Of a stretch of DNA of 64,000 nt, positions 30,080 through 38,169 are shown one piece after another; the stretch's first letter is position 1; every line of letters starts with the position of its first letter. The DNA comes from an uncultured Micrococcaceae bacterium. Lineage in GTDB: Bacteria > Actinomycetota > Actinomycetes > Actinomycetales > Micrococcaceae. The notes beneath the pieces are model-generated. The model saw nothing but the letters and a program-made list of their open reading frames with translations. It made no database searches and was not told where the DNA came from. The translations under genes were made by a program, and so were the position numbers. The stretch spans positions 54,622-118,621 of the forward strand of contig CANNAD010000003.1 in the NCBI GenBank assembly GCA_947502645.1, read 5' to 3'.

Positions 30080-30550
30080 GTGATTACCCTACGACCAGTT
30101 GACCCTTCGGACCTGGACCAGTTTTTCAATCATCAGCTGGACCCCATGGCCAACCACATGGCGGCTTTCGCTGCGAAGAATCCGTCCGACCGCGGGGTGT
30201 TCAACCATCACTGGCAGAACATTCTTGGGGATGAATCAATCACTGTTCGCACGATTGAATCCGACGGCGCCGTGGTGGGCAGCGTTCTGATGTACCTGAA
30301 CGACGATGTGCCGGAGATCAGCTATTGGATTGACAAGGCCTACTGGGGCCAGGGCGTCACGACCGACGCTGTGGGTCAGTTCCTCAAGGAATTTACAGCA
30401 CGCCCCATCCGGGCACGGACTGTCGTTGACAATATGGGTTCCATCAAAGTACTGGAGCGCTGGGGCTTCACCGAGGTGGGGCGGGCGAAGGACTTCGCGA
30501 ACGCGCGCGGCACGGTGGTTGAGGAAGTCATTATGGAGCTTTCGGCCTAG
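30080..30550 (+). CDS. GNAT family N-acetyltransferase
   Basis: VITLRPVDPSDLDQFF…YWIDKAYWGQGVTTDAV…. The track ORF starts at 29978 and would overlap tetR. GTG 30080 gives a typical GNAT N-terminus. The start is uncertain. Confidence 0.72.
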   Translation: MITLRPVDPSDLDQFFNHQLDPMANHMAAFAAKNPSDRGVFNHHWQNILGDESITVRTIESDGAVVGSVLMYLNDDVPEISYWIDKAYWGQGVTTDAVGQFLKEFTARPIRARTVVDNMGSIKVLERWGFTEVGRAKDFANARGTVVEEVIMELSA

Positions 30551-30562
30551 CCGAGATCACCC

Positions 30563-30608
30563 TTTGTCGCCGAGGTCACCCCTTGCAAGGGGTGACCTCG
30601 GCGACAAA
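30563..30608. terminator. 46-nt perfect palindrome (21-bp stem) between convergent genes; bidirectional terminator
   Basis: TTTGTCGCCGAGGTCACCCCTTG|CAAGGGGTGACCTCGGCGACAAA, lying between the GNAT stop (30550) and the E2 stop (30626). Confidence 0.6.
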
Positions 30609-30625
30609 CCCTGACTTCGGCCAGG

Positions 30626-31972
30626 TTAGACCATCGTCAGAGCCATACCCGGTTCAGCCAGTATGGCCCCGAGGTCGGCCAGGAACCGCGAGCCCTGCTC
30701 ACCATCCACCAGCCGGTGATCAAAGGACAGGCTGAGCGTCATGACCTGGCGCAGAGCAATTTCGCCATGGTGCTCCCACGGCATCTTGCGGACAGCACCC
30801 ATGGCCAGAATCGCCGCCTCCCCCGGGTTCAGGATCGGGGTACCGGCATCAATACCAAAGACACCCACATTAGTGATCGATATTGTTCCGCCGGACAGGT
30901 CCTTCGGACTCGTCTTTCCAGCCCTGGCGGTATCCGTCAGAGCCGTCAGGGCCTCGGAGATCTCCATCAGGGAGAGATCCTGTGCATCCTTGATATTGGG
31001 CACAGTCAGGCCGCGCGGAGTGGCCGCCGCGATCCCCAGATTCACATAGTTCATCTGAACGATCTCGCCGTGGTCGCCGTCCCAGCGCGTATTGAGGCTC
31101 GGATTACGCTTCAGCGCGATACAGACCGCCTTGGCAGCCAGAGTCAACGGGGTCAGCTTGTAACCACGGAACTCCCTGCTCTCCTTCAGCTTGGATAGCA
31201 GCTCCATGGTGGGAGTGACGTCCACGGTCAGGAACTCCGTCACGTGCGGGGCCGTGAAGGCACTGCTGACCATGGCCGCGGCGGTGTGTTTCCGCACACC
31301 CTTGATGGGGATGCGGACCTCGCGGGCGCCGTCGCCTGCACTCGTTCTGACTGGTGCGGCTGCGGTCTCACCACCTTCCGTCACGCCATCGGAGTACTCC
31401 AGTACGTCACCACGGGTGATGAGACCGGCAGGCCCGGTTCCCCGTACCTCAACCAGGTCCACTCCGAGGTCCTTGGCAAGCTTGCGGACCGGCGGCGTGG
31501 AGCGTGGACGATGCTTTTCCGGCGCCGTGGTCTCCGGTGCAGCACTTTCCGCCTGAGGCGCGGTCGGACGCTCCGTAGTGACCGGCTGCTCTGTAGCCAC
31601 TGACTGCTCCACGGCGGATTCACGCGCCCGCTTGCGGCGTGCAGGGCGACCGGACTTCTCCACAGCTGCGCCGTAGCCCACGAGGTTCGGTTCGCGCTTG
31701 GCAGGAGACTCCTCGGCCTCGGCGTCGTCCCCGCCAATATCGAAGGACACGATGGGCTGGCCCACCTCTACCACCGTGCCCGCGCTGGCGTGCAGGCGCT
31801 TCACCGATCCTGCGTAGGGTGACGGCAACTCAACGACAGCCTTGGCCGTTTCGACGTCGGCAATGATCTGGTTCAGTTCAACGGTGTCGCCCTCAGCCAC
31901 CCGCCACGTCACGATTTCTGACTCCGTGAGACCTTCGCCGAGGTCCGGCAGTTTAAATTCCTTGATGGTCAC
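30626..31972 (-). CDS. branched-chain 2-oxoacid dehydrogenase E2 (dihydrolipoamide acyltransferase)
   Basis: 448 aa: lipoyl domain (…IADVETAKAVVELPSP…), Ala/Pro/Glu linker, E3-binding region, and catalytic domain (…LSLSFDHRLVDG…). Confidence 0.92.
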   Translation of the reverse strand: MTIKEFKLPDLGEGLTESEIVTWRVAEGDTVELNQIIADVETAKAVVELPSPYAGSVKRLHASAGTVVEVGQPIVSFDIGGDDAEAEESPAKREPNLVGYGAAVEKSGRPARRKRARESAVEQSVATEQPVTTERPTAPQAESAAPETTAPEKHRPRSTPPVRKLAKDLGVDLVEVRGTGPAGLITRGDVLEYSDGVTEGGETAAAPVRTSAGDGAREVRIPIKGVRKHTAAAMVSSAFTAPHVTEFLTVDVTPTMELLSKLKESREFRGYKLTPLTLAAKAVCIALKRNPSLNTRWDGDHGEIVQMNYVNLGIAAATPRGLTVPNIKDAQDLSLMEISEALTALTDTARAGKTSPKDLSGGTISITNVGVFGIDAGTPILNPGEAAILAMGAVRKMPWEHHGEIALRQVMTLSLSFDHRLVDGEQGSRFLADLGAILAEPGMALTMV

Positions 31973-31976
31973 AGCG

Positions 31977-32984
31977 CTAGCCTTCCAGTGAGCTCAGTGA
32001 ATTGGTGCGGCCCATGACGCGATCCACACCATCGAGAATCCGGTCGAGGTCCGGAAGGTGGTGGAACTCAAGCTTTGAGTACGGGTACGGGATATCGAAC
32101 CCCGTGATCCGCACGGGAGCATGCTCCAGATAGTAGAAGCAGCGCTCGGTGATGCTTGCAGCGATTTCAGCTCCAAGACCACCGGACTGCGCAGCCTCAT
32201 GGGTGATAACCAGACGCCCGGTTTTGCGTACCGATGCCTCGACCGTCGCAAAGTCAATGGGTGCCAGAGACCGCAGGTCAATGACTTCAACCGACACGCC
32301 GTCGTCGGAGGCTGCTACTGCGGCATCCCGCGCGGTGGGAACGAGCGGGCCGTAGGTCACCAGGGTGACGTCCGATCCCTCGGTGACCACACGCGCCGAG
32401 CCCATGGACTCTGCACCGAGGTCGATGTCCTCGTTGACCTCACCCTTGACATGATAGCGACGCTTCGGCTCGAAGTAGAGAACGGGGTCATCGGAGGCAA
32501 TGGCCTGCTGAATGACCGTGTAGGCGTCCTGCGGATTGGACACGCTCACCACGCGAAGCCCGGATGTATGCGTGAAATACGCTTCCGGAGATTCCGAATG
32601 GTGCTCAGGTGAACCGATGCCGCCACCGAACGGAACACGAATGGTCAAGGGAACTTTCACCTTGCCCTGCGTCCGGTAATGCAGCTTGGCGACCTGGCAG
32701 ACGATCTGGTCGAAAGCCGGATAGATGAAGCCGTCGAACTGGATCTCCACGACCGGACGGTAGCCCCGGTAGGCCATACCGATGGCCGTGCCCATGATGC
32801 CGGCTTCAGCCAGGGGTGAATCCATCACCCTGTGCTCGCCGAAATCCTTCTGCAACCCGTCGGTAATACGGAACACTCCCCCGAGCTTTCCGATGTCCTC
32901 TCCCATGAGGACAACCTTGGGATCATTTTCCATTGCCTTGCGAAGACCTGCGTTGATCGCGCGGCCAAACGTCATTGAGGACAT
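31977..32984 (-). CDS. 2-oxoacid dehydrogenase E1 beta subunit
   Basis: 335 aa: …VLMGEDIGKLGGVFRIT…SPLAEAGIMGTAIGMA…. Confidence 0.93.
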   Translation of the reverse strand: MSSMTFGRAINAGLRKAMENDPKVVLMGEDIGKLGGVFRITDGLQKDFGEHRVMDSPLAEAGIMGTAIGMAYRGYRPVVEIQFDGFIYPAFDQIVCQVAKLHYRTQGKVKVPLTIRVPFGGGIGSPEHHSESPEAYFTHTSGLRVVSVSNPQDAYTVIQQAIASDDPVLYFEPKRRYHVKGEVNEDIDLGAESMGSARVVTEGSDVTLVTYGPLVPTARDAAVAASDDGVSVEVIDLRSLAPIDFATVEASVRKTGRLVITHEAAQSGGLGAEIAASITERCFYYLEHAPVRITGFDIPYPYSKLEFHHLPDLDRILDGVDRVMGRTNSLSSLEG

Positions 32985-34091
32985 TTACTTGGTTCCTTCC
33001 GCATCTGCAGCGGTATCGTCAATCGTCGCGAGATAGCGCGCGTAGTGGTCCTGCTGACGGTCCAGCCACGAATTGGGCGAGCTGTACACGTTCTTGAAAA
33101 CGTCCATGGTCTCCGGTTCGGCCATGTTCACACAGCCAGCACGCATCTCCCGGGCGACGTCGTCGGCCTTGGCTTTCACGCTTGCCTTGAAGTCCTCCGT
33201 GAACAGCCCACGTTCCTCAAGGTACGCAGCGAGCCGCGCGATGGGGTCCTTGGCGGCCCAGTCCTCCAGCTCGTTGGCATCACGGTACTTTGTGGGGTCA
33301 TCGGCGGTTGTGTGCGGCCCCATCCGGTAGGTCAGCGCCTCGATGTACGTTGGTCCACCGCCGGTGCGGGCGCGTTCCAGAGCCTCGCGGGTCACGGCGA
33401 GCGTGGCCAGAACGTCATTGCCGTCAACACGAACGCTGGGAATACCAAACCCGGGCGCACGGCGGGCGATGGGAACATGAGCCTGCAGACCCACAGGTTC
33501 GGAGATCGCCCACTGATTGTTCTGGCAGAAGAAGATCACCGGTGCCTGATAGCTCGCGGCGAACACCATGGCTTCATTGACATCACCCTGGCTGGTAGCG
33601 CCGTCGCCAAAATATGTGATGGCTGCGGCATCGTCGCCGTCGTTGATGATGGCCATGCCGTAACCGACAGCATGCAGCGTCTGGGCTCCGATGATGACCT
33701 GAGGGGTGGCCATGTTGATCTCAAACGGATCCCAGCCCGACGACGCATTTCCGCGCCATACCCGTGTCATGTCCGTCAGGTCCACGCCGCGGCAGTAGGC
33801 GACACCGTGCTCACGGTAGCTCGAAAAGACAAAGTCATCGGTGCGCAGCGCCCGCGCGGACCCGATCTGCGAAGCTTCCTGACCAAGGAGCGGTGGCCAA
33901 AGCGCCAGCTCCCCCTGACGCTGGAGTGCAGTGGCCTCGGCGTCGATCCTCCGGACAACCACCATGTCCTCATAGAGGGACATCAAAACGTTGTCATCTA
34001 CGTCTTCGACCCAGCGATCGTACTCTCCGCTGGTCCTTGCCCCGCTTGGTGTCAGGAGCTGAACGAAGTCCTCGTCCTGCGCCGGGGACAT
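32985..34091 (-). CDS. 2-oxoacid dehydrogenase E1 alpha subunit (thiamine-diphosphate dependent)
   Basis: …YFGDGATSQGDVNEAMVFAA…FFCQNNQWAIS… is the TPP motif. The track ORF (to 34220) is trimmed to ATG 34091 (MSPAQDEDFVQLLTPSG, 368 aa). The start is uncertain. Confidence 0.9.
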   Translation of the reverse strand: MSPAQDEDFVQLLTPSGARTSGEYDRWVEDVDDNVLMSLYEDMVVVRRIDAEATALQRQGELALWPPLLGQEASQIGSARALRTDDFVFSSYREHGVAYCRGVDLTDMTRVWRGNASSGWDPFEINMATPQVIIGAQTLHAVGYGMAIINDGDDAAAITYFGDGATSQGDVNEAMVFAASYQAPVIFFCQNNQWAISEPVGLQAHVPIARRAPGFGIPSVRVDGNDVLATLAVTREALERARTGGGPTYIEALTYRMGPHTTADDPTKYRDANELEDWAAKDPIARLAAYLEERGLFTEDFKASVKAKADDVAREMRAGCVNMAEPETMDVFKNVYSSPNSWLDRQQDHYARYLATIDDTAADAEGTK

Positions 34092-34254
34092 GTCATTGAT
34101 GGACACTGATACACGCAACCTTAATATTCTCGTCAATCTGTCACCGTCTGGCCAGTGACAGCGGCCGGGTTGGACTGGTCCCCGGCGACGCGATCCGAAA
34201 AGGACACGCCGGAACACCATTGCCCCGAATTCTTGTGACGATACTCACAGGACT

Positions 34255-34288
34255 CATTGAGCACAACCGGGAGCACGCACATTGAGCA
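34255..34288. promoter_or_regulatory. direct repeat CATTGAGCA (x2, 25-bp spacing) in the bkd/lrp divergent promoter; candidate Lrp-type site
   Basis: CATTGAGCA occurs at 34255-34263 and 34280-34288, which is 46-79 nt upstream of the lrp ATG. Confidence 0.25.
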
Positions 34289-34333
34289 TTATGCCCTACT
34301 ACATCGAAATACACCGTGCTAGCGTTTCGCACT

Positions 34334-34810
34334 ATGCAACCTCTGGACAGTACTGACACAAGACTACTCATTGCAATGGCGAAAGACCCACGCCGAACGG
34401 TCGTGGCACTGGCCCAGAAACTCGGATTGTCCAGAAACACCGTCCAGGCCCGGATGGCACAACTCGAACGCAAGAACGTGTTCCTCCCGTTCGAGAGGAC
34501 CATCAGCACCACGGCCCTTGGCTACCCCCTGACCGCCTTTATCCAGGTACATGTGCAGCAGCAGAAACTCGGCTCCATAGCCCGTGAACTGGCATCGATT
34601 CCCGAAGTCATCGAAGCCTTCGGACTGACCGGACAGGCCGACATCATGGTGAGGGTAGTTTCCCGCGACGCCGAGGACCTGTTCCGGATCAATGGCAAGG
34701 TCCTTGGATGCGACGGGGTTGTCCGCTGCGACACGTCCTTGGCCATGCGTGAACTCATTCCCTACCGCGTGGAGCCGCTGCTGGAACGCGGCACGCAAAA
34801 TTCGCACTGA
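34334..34810 (+). CDS. Lrp/AsnC family transcriptional regulator (BkdR-like by context)
   Basis: MQPLDSTDTRLLIAMAKDPRRTVVALAQKLGLSRNTVQARMAQLE… followed by a C-terminal RAM/AsnC_trans_reg region. An alternative GTG lies at 34316. Confidence 0.88.
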   Translation: MQPLDSTDTRLLIAMAKDPRRTVVALAQKLGLSRNTVQARMAQLERKNVFLPFERTISTTALGYPLTAFIQVHVQQQKLGSIARELASIPEVIEAFGLTGQADIMVRVVSRDAEDLFRINGKVLGCDGVVRCDTSLAMRELIPYRVEPLLERGTQNSH

Positions 34811-34919
34811 TTCCCACCCATCCGCACAGGCCGACGCATCGAAGCACCGTCGAGGCTTCATTGGGAAGCATCAACGGAAGACCCTCATCAGGGGATCAAT
34901 GTAGAGAAAGGCACAAGCC

Positions 34920-35333
34920 ATGCGGACATCACCGAACAGACTCATAGCGACCATCTTCGGAGCGGTCTACCTCCTGGTCGGGATCCTCGGTTTCTTTGTA
35001 ACCTCCGGAGTGGGATTCTTCGCCACTGAGGGCAGAAACCTCATTATCTTCGAAGTCAACCCGCTCCATAACATCGTCCACCTGGCCATCGGGGCCGCGC
35101 TCCTCCTGGCAGGGTTGTCCTCAACCGCTGCGGCCAAGGGCGTCAATACGACGATCGGCGGCGTTTACCTGCTGGTCGGTGTCCTTGGACTCTTCATTGT
35201 CGGCAGCAGTCTGAACATCATCGCTCTGAACGGTGCGGACAACGTACTCCACCTGGCGAGCGCCGTCCTGCTTCTCGGAGTCGGCCTCTCACAGGACAAG
35301 AAAGCGACCAACACTCACCGGGTAGCTGTCTAA
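34920..35333 (+). CDS. DUF4383-like small membrane protein
   Basis: 137 aa, 4 TM, with …IFGAVYLLVGILGFF…NPLHNIVHLAIGA…. GAGAAAGG SD upstream. Confidence 0.65.
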   Translation: MRTSPNRLIATIFGAVYLLVGILGFFVTSGVGFFATEGRNLIIFEVNPLHNIVHLAIGAALLLAGLSSTAAAKGVNTTIGGVYLLVGVLGLFIVGSSLNIIALNGADNVLHLASAVLLLGVGLSQDKKATNTHRVAV

Positions 35334-35335
35334 TC

Positions 35336-36001
35336 ATGACGACGGCCAGTACCGCTCAGGTTCGAACCTACGTCAACACGAAAACTGCCGTGGATGCGCA
35401 GCCCGCTGGCGCACGGGCGGGCGTTGTGCCAGAGGTGGTCCGGGTACTGTACGGGTTGACTGGCTACGGTGCTGCCCTCCTCTACTTGGCTGTGGGCAGC
35501 ACCGCCCTGTTGTCTTCATCGGAACACCCCGGGGTCCGGGCCGCCGTCGTTATTGCTTCACTGGGGTGGGCACTCGCGCTCACTCTATGGGGCACTGCGG
35601 TTCTGCGATCGTCGCAGCGGAGTTGGCCGTCATTCACAAGGATCATGGTCCCGGTAGCTGTCACCGTGACACTTGCTGCGGTTCTGCGAAACGTCATGTT
35701 CGAGCCGCTGGGCGAACGGTCTCTGGACGTCACCGCCCTGTGCGCGGTCGCGCTCGGTCTGGTGATTCTTTCCTGCCGCGGGTACCTTCAGCGGCGCCCG
35801 GCCACCTCATCGGCCGACGTCGCCAAGCGTCCCCCACCTGCGGGCCGGCTCCTGCTGGGGTTGGCTGGAGCATCGGTCCTCGTCGCCAGCATCGCGGCAC
35901 CAGGGCTAGCGGCTTCAACGGCGGGTGATTTCGCTGTTCCCCACAGTGAGCATGGGCAGAACCAGCAACCGGTTCTTCCGGAAACAGAACATCACCATTA
36001 G
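35336..36001 (+). CDS. polytopic membrane protein with a His-rich C-terminal tail, unknown function
   Basis: 221 aa with 5-6 hydrophobic segments. Ends …FAVPHSEHGQNQQPVLPETEHHH. The ATG lies 2 nt after the upstream TAA. Confidence 0.5.
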   Translation: MTTASTAQVRTYVNTKTAVDAQPAGARAGVVPEVVRVLYGLTGYGAALLYLAVGSTALLSSSEHPGVRAAVVIASLGWALALTLWGTAVLRSSQRSWPSFTRIMVPVAVTVTLAAVLRNVMFEPLGERSLDVTALCAVALGLVILSCRGYLQRRPATSSADVAKRPPPAGRLLLGLAGASVLVASIAAPGLAASTAGDFAVPHSEHGQNQQPVLPETEHHH

Positions 36002-36010
36002 GCAACCGAC

Positions 36011-36056
36011 GAAAGAGGCAGGGGGCGGACCAGGCGGTCCGCCCCCTGCCTCTTTC
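36011..36056. terminator. perfect 21-bp stem / 4-nt loop hairpin between convergent genes; bidirectional terminator
   Basis: GAAAGAGGCAGGGGGCGGACC aggc GGTCCGCCCCCTGCCTCTTTC. Confidence 0.6.
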
Positions 36057-36084
36057 TGCAGGCCAGGCCCAGGGCTGGCTGCGG

Positions 36085-37695
36085 TTAGTGGTCGACTGCC
36101 TTTTCAGCACCGACGCCGGTGAGTGAACGGACTTCCATCTCAGCCTGCTTCGCGGGGTCCTCTCCACGCTTGTCCAGCACCGTGCCGAGCCATCCCAGGC
36201 AGAATGCCAGCGGTATCGACACAAGACCCGGATTGCTGAGCGGGAATAGCGCGAAGTCCGCTCCCGGGATCATCGACGTCGGCGTGCCGGAGACAACTGG
36301 CGAGAACGCAATCAGGACGATTGCAGCCCCGAGCCCTCCATACATACTCCAGACGGCTCCCTGGGTGCTGAAGCGCTTCCAGAACAACGAGTAGAGAATG
36401 GTGGGAAGATTCGCGCTCGCAGCCACGGCGAAGGCAAGTGCGACCAGGAACGCGACGTTCTGGCCTTGTGCCCCAATACCTCCGGCGATCGAGAGAATAC
36501 CGATCACGACGACGGTCCGGCGGGCCACCTTGACCTCACCATCTGGCTTGACGCGGCCCTTGCGGATGACGTTTGCGTAGATGTCATGTGCGAAGGACGC
36601 TGCAGCCGTAATGGTCAGTCCGGCAACCACTGCGAGGATCGTGGCGAAGGCAACTGCGGATATGACGCCCAGAAGGATCGGTCCTCCCAGCTCGAAGGCG
36701 AGCAGCGGTGCCGCTGAATTCACGCCGCCGGGAGCTGACGTGATCCGATCAGCCCCGATCAGGGCGCCTGCACCGTAGCCCAGCACGAGAGTGAACAGGT
36801 AGAACGCGCCAATGAGCCAGATAGCCCAGACGACCGAGCGGCGCGCTTCCTTGGCTGTGGGAACTGTGTAGAAGCGCATCAGCACGTGCGGCAGAGCCGC
36901 TGTTCCAAGCACCAGGGCCAGGGCCAGCGAAATGAAGTCCAGCTTGGACGTCTCTGAGGCCCCGTATTTCAGGCCCGGTTCGACGATCGCAGGGTTACCC
37001 GAAGTCTCGATGGCTGCGCCGAGCAGGGTCGAGAGGTTGAAGTCGTGCAGTGCCAGAACCCAGATGGTCATGATGAATGCACCGGCGATCAGCAGGCACG
37101 CCTTGATGATCTGTACCCAGGTGGTGCCCTTCATACCGCCGACAAGTACGTAGAGGATCATGAGTCCGCCGACGATGGTGATGACCAGCGACTGCCCCAG
37201 CTTGTCATCGATACCCAGCAGCAGGGATACCAGTGCGCCGGCCCCAGCCATCTGCGCGAGCAGATAGAAGAAGCAGACCGCCAGCGTGGTGACGGCCGCA
37301 GCGATGCGGATAGGAAGCTGACGCAGGCGGAAGGACAGAACGTCCGCCATGGTGAACTTACCGGTGTTGCGCATCATCTCGGCTACCAGCAGCAAAGCCA
37401 CCAACCAGGCCACCAGGAACCCGATCGAATACAGGAACCCGTCATAACCGTTGATGGCAATGGCTCCCACAATTCCCAGGAATGACGCCGCTGAGAGATA
37501 GTCCCCGGCAATCGCCGTGCCGTTCTGCGGCCCCGTGAACGATCGTCCTGCCGCGTAGTAATCAGCAGCGGTTTTGTTGTTGCGGCTTGCCCGCAGGACG
37601 ATGACGAGGGTAATCGCAATGAAGACGCCGAAGATCGTGATGTTCAGCCACGGTTCTCCGACGTTCGTGGTTGCGGTCTGTAGCGGAAATGTCAT
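36085..37695 (-). CDS. solute:sodium symporter family monocarboxylate (acetate/pyruvate-type) permease, ActP/MctC-like
   Basis: 536 aa, about 13-14 TM, with …ADYYAAGRSFTGPQNGTAIAGDYLSAASFLGI…. Has a 4-nt overlap with the upstream DUF485 gene. Confidence 0.9.
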   Translation of the reverse strand: MTFPLQTATTNVGEPWLNITIFGVFIAITLVIVLRASRNNKTAADYYAAGRSFTGPQNGTAIAGDYLSAASFLGIVGAIAINGYDGFLYSIGFLVAWLVALLLVAEMMRNTGKFTMADVLSFRLRQLPIRIAAAVTTLAVCFFYLLAQMAGAGALVSLLLGIDDKLGQSLVITIVGGLMILYVLVGGMKGTTWVQIIKACLLIAGAFIMTIWVLALHDFNLSTLLGAAIETSGNPAIVEPGLKYGASETSKLDFISLALALVLGTAALPHVLMRFYTVPTAKEARRSVVWAIWLIGAFYLFTLVLGYGAGALIGADRITSAPGGVNSAAPLLAFELGGPILLGVISAVAFATILAVVAGLTITAAASFAHDIYANVIRKGRVKPDGEVKVARRTVVVIGILSIAGGIGAQGQNVAFLVALAFAVAASANLPTILYSLFWKRFSTQGAVWSMYGGLGAAIVLIAFSPVVSGTPTSMIPGADFALFPLSNPGLVSIPLAFCLGWLGTVLDKRGEDPAKQAEMEVRSLTGVGAEKAVDH

Positions 37696-38042
37696 TTGCC
37701 CTCCACCTCGGATTCAAGGTCCTCACGAATTTTTGTGGCCACCGGGTCAATGCGCCGGTTGGCGTAGCTCACGTACCACATGGTGATTCCGAAGGTGCTG
37801 ACAAATTGGAGCAGACCCAGGACGATACCGATGTTGATGTTGCCGACCACGGGGGTCGACATGAATTCGTGTGCGTAGTCCGCCAGCAGAACGTAGAGGA
37901 AGTACCACAGCAGGAAGGCTGCGGCGAGCGGGAAGACGAAGGAGCGGTGCCGCCGGCGCAGTTCCCGGAACTCGGGTCCGTCCTGCACCTCACGGAAGTC
38001 TGTAGCTACCACGACATCCGGCTCTGACGGTTGATGTGACAT
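37692..38042 (-). CDS. DUF485 family small membrane protein (symporter accessory subunit)
   Basis: MSHQPSEPDVV…FRELRRRHRSFVFPLAAAFLLWYFLYVLL…, 2 TM. AGGAGG SD before ATG 38042; the track ORF start at 38216 is rejected. Confidence 0.8.
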   Translation of the reverse strand: MSHQPSEPDVVVATDFREVQDGPEFRELRRRHRSFVFPLAAAFLLWYFLYVLLADYAHEFMSTPVVGNINIGIVLGLLQFVSTFGITMWYVSYANRRIDPVATKIREDLESEVEGK

Positions 38043-38169
38043 GAATCCTCCTGGGTGGTTGTGATAGAGATCACTCTGCACCTCAGGTTCAGTCAGTAGG
38101 GCCATGGCCGTCAGCCTCGTCGACCAGCGGTGCAGAATCTGCGGTAACCGGCACCGATAGAGTAGGAAA

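Noticed and set aside
38061-38074. GTGAT-agag-ATCAC palindrome and scattered GATAGAG / AGTAGG repeats as LytTR binding sites in the kinase/DUF485 divergent region
   Set aside because: The arms are only 5 bp. The repeats are short and widely spaced (about 93 bp), unlike the 9-10 bp direct repeats with about 12-bp spacers typical of LytTR sites. This is not distinguishable from chance without comparative data.
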